Of a stretch of DNA of 64,000 bases, positions 52,322 through 62,718 are shown one piece after another. Below the pieces are notes generated by a model that worked only from the letters and a program-made list of their open reading frames with translations, was not told the DNA's origin and ran no database searches. Source of the stretch: an uncultured Candidatus Binatia bacterium (GTDB lineage Bacteria > Desulfobacterota > Binatia > UBA9968 > CAXXLF01); NCBI GenBank assembly GCA_965218425.1, contig OZ244621.1:2272001-2336000 (forward strand), read 5' to 3'. The first letter of the stretch is position 1. Each line of letters starts with the position of its first letter. The translations under genes were made by a program, and so were the position numbers.

Positions 52322-53224
52322 TCAGCGGCGTCGAATGCGCGGATCCAGGGCGTCGCGCAGGCCGTCGCCCATGTAGTTCACGCTCAATACGGTCAGCGAG
52401 ATTGCAAGACCCGGCCAGATCGCGCGGGCCGGAGTGATGTTGAGGAAAGGCACACCGTCGTAAAGCAACCGACCCCAGGTCGGGAAATCGGACGGGAATC
52501 CGAGACCGAGAAAACTCAGTGCGCTTTCCGTAATGATCGCTTGCGCGATGCCGAGCGTGGCCGCAACCATGATCGGGCTCAACGCATTGGGGAAGACATG
52601 CCGCAGGATGACCCGGTGCGGCCGCGCGCCGAGGCCGCGGGCGGCGAGGACAAACTCCCGCTGTTTGATCCCGAGCACCTCTCCGCGAACGATACGCGCG
52701 GTCTGCATCCAGCTTGTGATGCCGATGACGACTACGATCAGGATGAATATTCCGACCTCCGATCCCAGGGTGGATCGCAGCGGGTCCCGGAATAACATGA
52801 TGCTGACGAGCAGCAACGGCAGAACCGGCAACGCCAGGAAGAGATCGGTCAGCCGCATCAGCAAACCGTCGAGTCTCCGTAAGAAGCCTGCCATGACGCC
52901 GATGAAGGCTCCGAGGGTCAATGACAGAACCATTGCGGTGACTCCCACGGCAAGCGAAATCCGCCCGCCTGCCAGCACCCGGGCGAACATGTCGCGGCCG
53001 AGATTGTCCGTGCCCATCGGGTGAGCGAACGACATGCCCTGGTTCTTGGCCTTGTAGTCGAGAAATTGCGGGTCGATGCCGTGGACGGCGGATCCGAACA
53101 GGACCGCCGACGCGATCAGCGAAAATGCCGCGGCGCCGACCAGCGCACCCTTATGTTTCAGGAACTGATGCCAGACATATTGCGTTGGCGAGCGGTATCG
53201 CTCGGAATGAACCGGTTCAGTCAT
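52322..53224 (-). CDS. Peptide ABC transporter permease (OppC/DppC-like)
   Basis: HPMGTDNLGRD, EFVLAARGLGA, ESALSFLGLG, GDGLRDALDP. Confidence 0.92.
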   Translation of the reverse strand: MTEPVHSERYRSPTQYVWHQFLKHKGALVGAAAFSLIASAVLFGSAVHGIDPQFLDYKAKNQGMSFAHPMGTDNLGRDMFARVLAGGRISLAVGVTAMVLSLTLGAFIGVMAGFLRRLDGLLMRLTDLFLALPVLPLLLVSIMLFRDPLRSTLGSEVGIFILIVVVIGITSWMQTARIVRGEVLGIKQREFVLAARGLGARPHRVILRHVFPNALSPIMVAATLGIAQAIITESALSFLGLGFPSDFPTWGRLLYDGVPFLNITPARAIWPGLAISLTVLSVNYMGDGLRDALDPRIRRR

Positions 53225-54236
53225 ATCGAATCTGCGGGTCCAATACCCCGTACAGGAGGTCCGCCACCAGATTGAACATCACGATCAGGACCGCGAAGAT
53301 AAACGTCACGGTTTGCACGGTGGGGATGTCGGCGCCTTCGATTGCGCCGATCAGCAACTGACCGACACCGTTAATGCGGAATATCTGTTCGGTGATGATG
53401 GCCCCCGCGAAGGTCGACGGGAGTCCGAGTGCGATCACCGTGACGACCGGTATCATGCTGTTGCGTAGCACGTGGACCAGGATGACGACCGGTTCCGCGA
53501 GCCCCTTGGCACGCGCGGTGCGCACGTATTCCTGTTTGAGGTTGTCGAGGACCGCGGAGCGGGTGAAGCGACTGAGCTGCGCCGCGTTGAACAGCCCGAG
53601 CACCATGACCGGCATGATCATCTGCTTGACCTGGTAGACGAAGCCGTCGAGGTCGGTCACCTTGTGGGTGGTGTCGTAGATCGACGGCAGCCAGCCGAGA
53701 ATGGCGCTGAAGATCACGATGAGCACCGTTCCCGTGAAGAAGGTCGGAATCGAGAAGCCTACCATGGTGACGAAAGTGCCGACCTGGTCGAAGACCGAGT
53801 ACTGCCGGTAGGCGGAGAAGACACCGACCGGCACCGCGATCAGGATGGCGACAAGGTAGGAGATGCCCACGACGGTCAGGGTCTGCGGCAGCCGAGTTGC
53901 GATCAGGTCCACCACCGGCGAGCGGGTCGACCATGAGCGCACGCGCAGGCGCTCGCCGGAATTACCGATCTCGATTCCCCACAGCTGCTCGAGCATATTA
54001 AGCGGCTCATTGATCATGAACTGCTCAAGCCACCTGAAATAGCGGATGTGGAACGGCTGTCCGAGCCCGAGACTCTCCCTGATCATTTTCCGGGTCTCCG
54101 GAGGGATCGTCAGCGGAAGTTGAGCGGTGGGGTCATTCGGTGCCAGGTCGAGCAGTGCGAAAATGACGAAGCTGATCGCCAGCAGCGTTGGGATCGAGAA
54201 AAGCAGGCGTCTGGCCGCGTACCTTAACATGGACAT
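53217..54236 (-). CDS. Peptide ABC transporter permease (OppB/DppB-like)
   Basis: RLPQTL, YVRTARAKGL, TEQIFRINGVG, DLLYGVLDP. Confidence 0.92.
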   Translation of the reverse strand: MSMLRYAARRLLFSIPTLLAISFVIFALLDLAPNDPTAQLPLTIPPETRKMIRESLGLGQPFHIRYFRWLEQFMINEPLNMLEQLWGIEIGNSGERLRVRSWSTRSPVVDLIATRLPQTLTVVGISYLVAILIAVPVGVFSAYRQYSVFDQVGTFVTMVGFSIPTFFTGTVLIVIFSAILGWLPSIYDTTHKVTDLDGFVYQVKQMIMPVMVLGLFNAAQLSRFTRSAVLDNLKQEYVRTARAKGLAEPVVILVHVLRNSMIPVVTVIALGLPSTFAGAIITEQIFRINGVGQLLIGAIEGADIPTVQTVTFIFAVLIVMFNLVADLLYGVLDPQIRYD

Positions 54237-54315
54237 GGCTCGTGCGCTTGACGGATCACGGGAAGCGTGCGGGCTGGGGGTGCCGCGGGCCTTCCAAAAT
54301 CAGCTCCACGTCACG

Positions 54316-56022
54316 CTACTTCCGGCGGCGCCACTCCTGAATGTTCCATGGTGTTGCGTCCCAGGCGTTATGCCGGACGCCGTCGAGGGACAGCGCCTTT
54401 GCGGCGACATCGCCGCGGTGGATCAGGGGGATCAACGCACCGTAGTCCACCAGCATGTCGTTCATCGACCTGGCAATGGCCGCGCGTTTCTCGATCCCCG
54501 CCGTTTTGGCAAACAACTCCGCCAGCTTGTCGTATTTCGGGTTGCAATAGCGTGGCACATTGCGGCCGATCCATTGCTTTTCGGGACCCGGGATCTCATC
54601 GCAGATCCAGTTCTGCGTGTAGGCCTGTGGATCGGTCCCGTCGAAGTTGTCGGTGTACATCTCGATGTCCGCGTAGAACTTCTGGTAGGTGTCCGGGCTC
54701 GACGGATCGCTGCCGAAAAACACCGACGCGTTGATGTTCTTCAACTCGGTCTCGACGCCGATCTCACGCCACATCTGCTTGATCAGGGCCTGGGTGCCCT
54801 GACGGACGGAATTGGTCGAGGTCTGGTAGAGGATCGAAAGCCGGGTCCCATCCTTTGCGCGAATGCCGTCCGGGCCACGGGTCCAGCCGGCGGCGTCGAG
54901 CAGCCTGTTGGCGCCCGCGATGTCCTGGGTCTTGCACCAGTCGTTGGCGGTCGAGGCATAGACCGCCGGGGCCGGGAGAATGTTGCAGGTCACCCGACCT
55001 GCGGGACCGTAACCGGCGTCGACCAGGATCTCCCGGTCGATGGCCATCGACAGCGCACGCCGCACCGCCGGATCCGAGAGGAAGGGGTGCGGGTTCCCGC
55101 CGCCCTGGTAGGTTGCTCTTTTGTCGCCCAGCGCCGGATCGGGATTGCTGAGCTGCACCACCAGGCGCTCGACCATGGTACCGAAGGCCGATATCACCTC
55201 GCCCCTGCCGGTATCAGCCATGGCAGCGAGGATCTCGGGCTCGACCTGGAGATTCCAGGCATAGTCGAACTCGCCGGTCTGAAGTACGGCGCGGGCCGCC
55301 GAAACCGCATCGCCGCCGCCCTTCAGCAGAACCGAGGAGAAGGCCGGCAGGTCGGGATCGCGGTATCTGCCGTTCAGTTCGTACCGGACGACGTCGTTGG
55401 GCCGGAATTCCTTCACCTTGAAAGGGCCGGTACCGATGGGACCGAAGTTCTGCCTGGTGCACTCCGGCGCCTTTGCACCCATGCAGTTCTCGAATTGCCG
55501 CTTCTGTATGACCGGCGAGACCGAACCGACGAACGGAGCGTAGGGGAACGGCATCGGAACACCGAAAGATATCCGTACCGCGTGGTCGGCGACAGCCTCG
55601 ACGGACTCGACGTCCTGAAACCGGCTGGCCGCGTTGCAGCCGCCTTCGGGATCCATGCAGTAGGCTGCCGTGAACGCGACGTCCGCCGCGGTAAACGGTG
55701 TGCCGTCCGACCACACCACGTCATTCCTGAGCTTCCAGGTGATCGACATAAGATCCGTCGAGACTCCGCCATTCTCGACGGTTGGAATCTCCGCAGCCAG
55801 CGCGGGAACCATGATGCCGTTCTCGTCGTAGCGCGCCAGTGGCTCGAGGATGATCGAAGCCGCGTGGATATCCTTGGTTCCCCCCGACAGGAACGGGTTC
55901 AGGATCGACGGCGCCTGCCAGTAGAGTATCTTCAACCGGCCGTCGGTCCCTTGCTCGGCGACGGCCGCGGAAGCGAGCGTCGCGACGGCGAACGCTGTCA
56001 GGATGAACGATCGTGGTTTCAC
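54316..56022 (-). CDS. Peptide ABC transporter substrate-binding protein
   Basis: YWQAPSILNPFLSGGTKD, EIPTVENGG, GPIGTGPF, DPAVRRALSMAIDR; GTG 56022 precedes the signal peptide. Confidence 0.9.
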   Translation of the reverse strand: MKPRSFILTAFAVATLASAAVAEQGTDGRLKILYWQAPSILNPFLSGGTKDIHAASIILEPLARYDENGIMVPALAAEIPTVENGGVSTDLMSITWKLRNDVVWSDGTPFTAADVAFTAAYCMDPEGGCNAASRFQDVESVEAVADHAVRISFGVPMPFPYAPFVGSVSPVIQKRQFENCMGAKAPECTRQNFGPIGTGPFKVKEFRPNDVVRYELNGRYRDPDLPAFSSVLLKGGGDAVSAARAVLQTGEFDYAWNLQVEPEILAAMADTGRGEVISAFGTMVERLVVQLSNPDPALGDKRATYQGGGNPHPFLSDPAVRRALSMAIDREILVDAGYGPAGRVTCNILPAPAVYASTANDWCKTQDIAGANRLLDAAGWTRGPDGIRAKDGTRLSILYQTSTNSVRQGTQALIKQMWREIGVETELKNINASVFFGSDPSSPDTYQKFYADIEMYTDNFDGTDPQAYTQNWICDEIPGPEKQWIGRNVPRYCNPKYDKLAELFAKTAGIEKRAAIARSMNDMLVDYGALIPLIHRGDVAAKALSLDGVRHNAWDATPWNIQEWRRRK

Positions 56023-56706
56023 ATCAAAGGCACCAGGGCAAAGGTCACCTATTAGAAGGCGGTAGTCAAGAGGCAAGACTGATCCGCTGAGAAATAATTC
56101 CCTTTGGTTCACCCGCCGGCATTGTGATCGCCGGTAACGCGCGCCTGTTTTCGTTGGTTCGGTGTCGGACATGGTCCGCACCACTCACCCATCAGGATCA
56201 AGTCTTGGCCTATATACTTGATGTCACAATTACATAGGCGATACGGGTTCTAGTGCTGAACGATCGATTTCCCTGTTCGGTCTGAACAGCCCCGGACCAG
56301 GCCCATTACCCGCGACTTTGCAAGCGCTTTCAGGGCGACGTGTCCAGCATAAGGCGCAAGCGAGTTTCGTCATCCCCGTGCATAGCGCATTTTGCTTCTT
56401 TCAACAGGAATTGGCAGCCTATATTGTTCGAGGTACCCAGGTCCCTTTCCGCTGCCCGAACTCGCCGTCGAACGGCCTGTCGCTGCGCTGTGACATTCAC
56501 AACCCGTTCGACGCCGGCTACGCGACGATAACACTGGCACCTGAAAGCGGGATCATGCTATCATCCTCACCATGAGGATTATCGCGCTGGCGGCCCTAGA
56601 GGGTCTTTCTCGATGCCGGCCGCCTAGCATCAGGGGAATGATGCGCCCATGTGATGATCGTTTCGATCGCTGTTGAGAACTGTCCGGCAATGGAGGAGAG
56701 GTGATC

Positions 56707-57675
56707 ATGAAATGGTTGATTGGAATGGCCGCGGGTATGGTCCTTGCCGCCGGCGCGGCGCATGCCGGCGAGACATGGAATATGCCCACGGCTTACGCGG
56801 ACTCGAACTACCATACCCGCAACGCCAAGCTGTTCGCCGAAGCGGTGGGGCTCTGCACCGGGAGCGAGTTGAAGATCGTCGTGCACGGAGACGGCTCGCT
56901 GATCAAGGGCGACCAGATCAAGCGCGCCGTACAGACCGGCCAAGCTCCCATCGGCGAACGGCTCCTGAGCGCACATCAGGACGAGAACGCGCTGTTCGGG
57001 TTCGACTCGGTGCCGTTTCTGGCCTCGTCCTTCGAGGCGTCGGAGAAACTCTGGCGCGCGGCGAAGCGGAAACTGACCGCGATCCTCGCCGACCAGAACC
57101 TGGTGTTGCTCTATTCGGTGCCCTGGCCGCCGCAGGGGATGTACTTCAAGAAGGAGATCACCGCCGTGGCGGACATGGCCGGGATCAAATTCCGCGCCTA
57201 TAGCGCCGCTACCGCTCGGCTCGCGGAACTCGCAAAGATGTTGCCCGTGCAAGTCGAGGCCGCCGAGCTCATGCATGTACTGGCGACCGGGGTGGCCGAG
57301 GCCTTCATCTCCTCGGCCGCGACCGGTTATTACCGCAAGGTCTGGAAACATGTCGGCTATTTCTACGACACTCGGGCTTGGCTGCCGCGCAACTACGTGT
57401 TCGCCAATAAGGAAGCGTTCGAGACCCTGAGCTCGCAGGCACGTAACTGCCTGCGCTCCTCCGCCTTGTTGGCGGAAGCCGCGGGCACGACGCGCGCCCG
57501 CGAGCTGATGGGATGGCATCTGAAGCAGCTTGCCGCCAACGGTATGAGCGTACGGGCGCCTGGCAAGCAGCTCGCCGCCGATCTCGCCGAGATTGGCGCG
57601 ACGATGTCGGCCGAGTGGGCCGCCGCCGCAGGAAGCGACGGCGCGGCGATCATCAAGGCCTATAAGATGCAATAA
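56707..57675 (+). CDS. dctP: TRAP transporter substrate-binding protein, orphan
   Basis: W.MPTAY...NYHT.N, IKRAVQTGQAPIGE, YSVPWPPQG, GIKFRAY. Confidence 0.9.
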   Translation: MKWLIGMAAGMVLAAGAAHAGETWNMPTAYADSNYHTRNAKLFAEAVGLCTGSELKIVVHGDGSLIKGDQIKRAVQTGQAPIGERLLSAHQDENALFGFDSVPFLASSFEASEKLWRAAKRKLTAILADQNLVLLYSVPWPPQGMYFKKEITAVADMAGIKFRAYSAATARLAELAKMLPVQVEAAELMHVLATGVAEAFISSAATGYYRKVWKHVGYFYDTRAWLPRNYVFANKEAFETLSSQARNCLRSSALLAEAAGTTRARELMGWHLKQLAANGMSVRAPGKQLAADLAEIGATMSAEWAAAAGSDGAAIIKAYKMQ

Positions 57676-58103
57676 AGGGAGGAGCGCAAGCCTCAGCCTC
57701 CCCCTTGTGAAGGCGGCCATGACGCCGACGTTATGCCGCCTTCCGCCGCCCCCCTCGGATGACACGGGAGTGAGGGAGTTGGAATGAGGCAAGAAACGTG
57801 GCGATCTATATCGGAGGACTGCAAAGGGCTATGATACAGTTCCGTCAGTGGAATCATCTTATGGGGTAGAAAGTAAGATGGCGGGATCTGGAAAGCCACG
57901 GAAACGGATTGAAGAGATCGAGAGACATATTCTCAGCCGGCAAGCGTAGGCTTGACCCCTTGCCTTCTAACACCCGACCATGCGGGTTTCAATGTCATGG
58001 AAGCAAGGCATTCACTTGCGCCCGGCGCCGGTGTTCGTTACCGTAGTCGGGTGGAGCGGGATTCAGACTTCGCCGTCCTTCGCGCGGCAATTCGGATGTC
58101 ACA

Positions 58104-58964
58104 GTGGGATTCGTAACCGACGTTGTTCTACCGATTGCGCTTGCCTTCATCATGTTCGCGCTCGGCCTCGGTCTTACCTTCGGCGACTTTGCCCGGGTCG
58201 CGACGCGTCCGCGCGATTTCGTTGTGGGCCTCCTGTCCCAGGTCCTGCTACTGCCCGTGGTGGCCTTCCTGCTTGTCAGCGTGTGGCCGCTGCCGCCGGA
58301 GTTGGCGCTTGGCGTCATGATCATAGCGGCGGCCCCGGGGGGTGTGACTTCCAACATCCTGACCGCGTTTGCGCGGGGTGACGTGGCATTGTCGATATCA
58401 CTGACCGCGGTGATGAGCCTGCTCTGCGTCGTCACCGTTCCGTTCGTCGTTACGTTCTCCTACAGTCATCTCGTAGGCGGCGATACCGCAGCCGACGTGT
58501 CCGTTGCCCGCACGGCGGTCAGCGTGTTCGTCATTGTCACTCTACCCGTTCTGATTGGCCTATTGGTGCGTCGGCTGGCCGGAGGCTTTGCCGTCCGGTT
58601 CGGGCCGACGGCGCGAAAGATTTCGGCCGTGCTTTTCGTGCTGGTCCTGGCGAGCGCGATCTACCAGGAGCGCAACAACATCGTCAACTACTTCGCTCAG
58701 GCTGGCCTGGTCACGCTGGTGCTCAACCTGGCCATGATGGTGCTGGCCTATCTTTTGGCACAGCTCTTCGCTTCCGGCCTGCGCCAGCGTATCGCCATCA
58801 CCATCGAATGCGGCCTTCAGAACGGCACCTTGGCCATCGCCGTGGCCACCTTGCTGTTCGGCAGCGGCCTCGCCACAATTCCCGCGGCAACTTACAGCCT
58901 GATCATGTTCGCGACCGCGCTCATCTTCATCACGATCCTGCGCTGCCGCGTTCCGGAGCGGTAG
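58104..58964 (+). CDS. Bile acid:sodium symporter family transporter
   Basis: LALGLGLT..DF, PGGVTSN....ARGDVALSISLT, IECGLQNG. Confidence 0.92.
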   Translation: MGFVTDVVLPIALAFIMFALGLGLTFGDFARVATRPRDFVVGLLSQVLLLPVVAFLLVSVWPLPPELALGVMIIAAAPGGVTSNILTAFARGDVALSISLTAVMSLLCVVTVPFVVTFSYSHLVGGDTAADVSVARTAVSVFVIVTLPVLIGLLVRRLAGGFAVRFGPTARKISAVLFVLVLASAIYQERNNIVNYFAQAGLVTLVLNLAMMVLAYLLAQLFASGLRQRIAITIECGLQNGTLAIAVATLLFGSGLATIPAATYSLIMFATALIFITILRCRVPER

Positions 58965-59096
58965 TGGAGCCGGCTGGTCCGTTATCGGTTGGGACTATCC
59001 GATCTCGTCTTCGGCGCGGCGAAGCAGTAAAGATCAAGCCGTTTGTGTCAAAGGGATAAACGCAGCCGCAGATAATAACAACCAAGGAGGTTCGAA

Positions 59097-59387
59097 ATGC
59101 TGTCACAGATTCGCATTTACACGATCAACAAGGGCCAGATGGAGGCCTTCCTCAAGCACTTCAAAGAGGAAATTATTGTGGTGCACGAGAAAATCGGCCT
59201 TCCTATTATCGGCACTTGGGTGAACCGTCCGCAGAACGAGTTTATCTGGGTCAGGACCTACAGAGACGAGGCGGACCGTGAGGCGAAGGGCAAAGCGTTC
59301 CAGGCGGAGATAAAAGCGGCCGGGATCAAGCTGGGAGGGAACGTCGCGAAGATGGAAGTACGCGATGTCGAAACGGCGTTCGCCTAG
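59097..59387 (+). CDS. NIPSNAP family protein
   Basis: QIRIYTINKGQM..F, IIGTW, EFIWVRTY; GGAGG RBS. Confidence 0.8.
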   Translation: MLSQIRIYTINKGQMEAFLKHFKEEIIVVHEKIGLPIIGTWVNRPQNEFIWVRTYRDEADREAKGKAFQAEIKAAGIKLGGNVAKMEVRDVETAFA

Positions 59388-59851
59388 CCGGCAACGCGCT
59401 CCTGAACCACGGTTGGCGGGGTGGTCCCGGATATCTGCCTGAAGAGGGGGCAAGTTGAATCGACCCGGGTTTCGAAGGGGATTACGCGCGCTGCCAGGTC
59501 GGACCGGCCGATTTCGCGGCTTGGCAAAAAGTATGGACTGGGCCAGCCGCGTAAAGAGTCAGAGGGGTCGGGCCTTGCACTCTATGAAAGGGGACGTTGC
59601 GACTTTTATGACCTTCTGCGCGTGGTTGGACACGCAGCGGGACATTGTGTCGCTAATCTTGTCGTGGGCAGGCGCGTCGAGGCGCTTGTGTTGTTTCAGC
59701 TCAGTCCGGCGATATGCTATTCTTGATCACGCTCGTTCTTGGAGACCGACTCTGTCCCCTGGGCCTGAAGGTCAACCCTATCCGGAAGCTTCCTTGACCC
59801 TGTCAGCCTAACAGACAAAATACCGTCATGTCTCCTATGAAAGGATTGCAG

Positions 59852-60505
59852 ATGAGATCCATTATTCGTTTCCTCGGAGTTTTGCTCATGGGGTGCCTGG
59901 TCGCCACTAACGCGCATGCGATGCAGGATGATGTGGATCAAGCCTTGACGATTTTCAAACGCTTTCAGAGCATTCCCGAGAACGCCATTCCACCAGCGGT
60001 GATGCGGGACGCGAAGGGCCTGGCGATACTTACCGTCACAAAAGCCGGTTTCATCTTTAGTGGTCGAGGAGGGACGGGCATAGTCGTCGCGCGAACCGGT
60101 AAAGGTTGGAGCGGTCCTTCAGGGATCGGTTCGGGAGGGGTAGGCGTGGGATTTCAGGCTGGGGCCAACACCACTGAATTCGTGATCGTTCTCAACACGG
60201 ACAAGGCCGTTGACGCGTTCGCAAAAAGGGGTAACGTTACCCTCGGGGGCGCCCTCAGTGTTGCGGTCGGACCCGTTGGACGCTCCGCCGAAGCCGACGT
60301 GGCCATCCAGGCGGCCATGTACACTTACAGTCGCTCCCAGGGAGTCTTCGCCGGCGTATCTTTGGAGGGTACCGTCATTGGCGTGCGGACCAAGGCCAAC
60401 GCGAAATACTACGGCAAGCCCGTCAAAGCGAAAGATATTCTCGCAGGCAAGGTGAAACCTCCAGCCGGTGCGCAGAACCTGTTGAAAGAGTTATCGAAAT
60501 ACTGA
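59852..60505 (+). CDS. Ysc84/SYLF lipid-binding domain protein
   Basis: IP......AKGLAI, KAGFIFSGRGG.G, WSGPS, GFQAG, YSRSQGVFAGVSLEG; signal peptide. Confidence 0.9.
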   Translation: MRSIIRFLGVLLMGCLVATNAHAMQDDVDQALTIFKRFQSIPENAIPPAVMRDAKGLAILTVTKAGFIFSGRGGTGIVVARTGKGWSGPSGIGSGGVGVGFQAGANTTEFVIVLNTDKAVDAFAKRGNVTLGGALSVAVGPVGRSAEADVAIQAAMYTYSRSQGVFAGVSLEGTVIGVRTKANAKYYGKPVKAKDILAGKVKPPAGAQNLLKELSKY

Positions 60506-60635
60506 AGGTGGTCGATGTTTTTGCCTTCACGCCAGGACTGACTAGGTTCTGGGGTCAGACCTGGATATATGGATAATCTTGCAGACCGTGGTTTCGAACG
60601 GTGCGATCAACGCCCTGTCATTTTCGTAATCGTGG

Positions 60636-61142
60636 TTATGCGTGTTCGGACACGTATTGGCGCATGGTGTCGAGGGTCTTTTCGCCGATACCTTTAATGT
60701 CCTGAAGCTTGTCTTGGTCCAGGGCTTTTTTGAGATCCTTGAGGCTTCGGATCTTATATTTTTTACTAAGGACCCGGATCGTCTTTGCGCCGAGGCCGGG
60801 TATAGCCGTTAACTCCAGGACGGTTTTCGGGACCCGGTGTACCCATTGCTCCATCTTGGCGCAGGTGCCCGTCTTGAGGAACTCTCCGATGATCCCGGCA
60901 ATGGTAGCGCCCACGCCGGGAATCTTGTTAAGGCGTCCCTCCTGATGTAATTGAATTACCGATTCGGGAAAGCGCGAGATGGTATAGGCTACCCGTCCGT
61001 ACTGTTTCGCGTGGGATTCGTCGTATCCGCAAATAATCAGATAGTCTCCCATACCTTTGATCTGGTCGGCAATCTTATCATTGCCGCGCCAGCGCTTCCT
61101 GCCTTTCGCATCGGTATAGGATTGATCTCCGTTGGTTGTCAT
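60636..61142 (-). CDS. Helix-hairpin-helix protein resembling the PolX N-terminal region
   Basis: N..IA......, LNKIPGVGATIA..I.EFL.TG, L.AIPGLGAKT, IKGIGEKT; no polymerase palm. Confidence 0.7.
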   Translation of the reverse strand: MTTNGDQSYTDAKGRKRWRGNDKIADQIKGMGDYLIICGYDESHAKQYGRVAYTISRFPESVIQLHQEGRLNKIPGVGATIAGIIGEFLKTGTCAKMEQWVHRVPKTVLELTAIPGLGAKTIRVLSKKYKIRSLKDLKKALDQDKLQDIKGIGEKTLDTMRQYVSEHA

Positions 61143-61327
61143 AGGGGAAAGACCGCGAAGAGTTTTAACGCAGATTTACGCGGATACTTGAATAGCAAAG
61201 AGCAGAGCACTCAGAGAAGTGAGCAATAAGCAGTGTTCTCCCGTGGCTCAGTACTCTTTTCTCAGTACTAAATGGCGTCTTTGCGCGAGGTATCTTTTTT
61301 CCGAGTCCGGAATCCAAACCCCCAGTT

Positions 61328-62020
61328 TTAAAGCATACCGTGATCGCTGAAACTGAAATACCGATCGTGACCGATCACCACATGGTCCAGGACCCGGATG
61401 CCCATCACTTCTCCTACTTCTTTTAACCTTCTGGTAATCTCTATATCCTCCTGGCTGGGGGTAGGGTCGCCGCTGGGGTGATTGTGGACAAAGAGCACTG
61501 CTGCGGCGGATTCCCGGATGATGGGATTGTAGACCTCACGGGGATGCACCAAAGAGGCAGTGAGGGATCCCTCGGAGATTTTGACCTCACGAATTTTCCG
61601 GTTTTTATTGTTTAGGAGGACCGCGTAAAAGATCTCACGATTCACTTTGTGGAACTTGTCCTGGAAGTGCCGGAAGACGTTTTCCGGGGATTTTAATGGT
61701 TCTCCCGCCTTCCATGTTTCACGTCCCATTCTACGGCCTATTTCCAGGCAGGCCTTGATCTGGGCCAACTTGGCTGAGCCTAAACCTTTGATAACCCTCA
61801 GTTCCTTTGGGGAAGCCTCGTCGAGGCCTTTTAGCCCATTAAACCGTTTTAGTAGGGCCCGGGCATGATCCAGGGCGGTTTCTTTTGTACTTGCGTTTCC
61901 GGTTCTCAGGATGATGGCGAGGAGCTCGGCCTCGGTGAGGGATTGAGGGCCGTTGTGGAGGAGTTTTTCCCTGGGCCGGTCCTCTTCCGGCCACTCTTTA
62001 ATGGTTTGGTATCGAGCCAT
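61328..62020 (-). CDS. radC: RadC / JAB domain protein
   Basis: DRPREKLL..G..SL..AELLAIILRTG, VHPREV, VHNHPSGDPTPS.ED, LDHVVIG. Confidence 0.95.
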   Translation of the reverse strand: MARYQTIKEWPEEDRPREKLLHNGPQSLTEAELLAIILRTGNASTKETALDHARALLKRFNGLKGLDEASPKELRVIKGLGSAKLAQIKACLEIGRRMGRETWKAGEPLKSPENVFRHFQDKFHKVNREIFYAVLLNNKNRKIREVKISEGSLTASLVHPREVYNPIIRESAAAVLFVHNHPSGDPTPSQEDIEITRRLKEVGEVMGIRVLDHVVIGHDRYFSFSDHGML

Positions 62021-62045
62021 AATAATGCCTATTCCAATAACAAAC

Positions 62046-62150
62046 TTTTTCGCGCCAAGACACCAAGCTCGCAAAGATAAGAATCTAGCTCTTGTTTCCG
62101 AACCTGGCGTTCTTTGCGCCTTTGCGCGAGTTGTCTTTATCCGAATCCCT
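62046..62150. repeat. REP/MITE-like palindromic intergenic repeat
   Basis: TCGCGCCAAGACACCAAGCTCGCAAAGA ... CCTGGCGTTCTTTGCGCCTTTGCGCGAG. Related copy at 63683-63777; half copies at 8003-8036, 13855-13879, 17745-17770 and 61272-61315. Confidence 0.65.
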
Positions 62151-62167
62151 TTAACTGATGCCCAATA

Positions 62168-62647
62168 TTACTTTTTACGGCTAAAGGTTCCGCTTTTGCC
62201 GCCACTTTTTTGAGTTAGCTGGATCTCGCCGATGGTCATCTCACGATCGGCGGCTTTGCACATGTCATAGATGGTAAGTGCGGAAACTGACACGGCGGTC
62301 ATGGCCTCCATCTCGACGCCGGTCTGGCCTGTCACTTTTATGGTAGCTTCAATTTCCACCCTGGAAGGGTTCTTCTCAGGAGTGAGAGTGATTTCAACTG
62401 ATGTAATGTTGAGGGGGTGGCACATGGGGACGAGGTCGGACGTCCTTTTAGCTCCCATGATTCCGGCCACCCGGGCCACGGAAAAAACGTCTCCCTTTGC
62501 CACTCTTTTTTCTATAATCATGGCGAGGGTTTCGGCACGCATGAGTATTTTTCCCCGCGCCGCCGCCACTCGGCAGGTTATGTCCTTTTCCGTCACGTCC
62601 ACCATCCGCGCGCGGCCTTGGGCGTCCAAATGGGAGAGTTTGGCCAT
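62168..62647 (-). CDS. moaC: Cyclic pyranopterin monophosphate synthase
   Basis: LSHLD..GRARMVDV, KGDV, LVPMCHPL, TGVEMEA, IYDMCKA, KSGGKSG. Confidence 0.97.
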   Translation of the reverse strand: MAKLSHLDAQGRARMVDVTEKDITCRVAAARGKILMRAETLAMIIEKRVAKGDVFSVARVAGIMGAKRTSDLVPMCHPLNITSVEITLTPEKNPSRVEIEATIKVTGQTGVEMEAMTAVSVSALTIYDMCKAADREMTIGEIQLTQKSGGKSGTFSRKK

Positions 62648-62718
62648 GGTTGCCTCCTTAGACCCGATGGGATCTGCAGTTTCTTCCTGCCAAAGGGTTT
62701 TTATGGTACAAGAATCAC

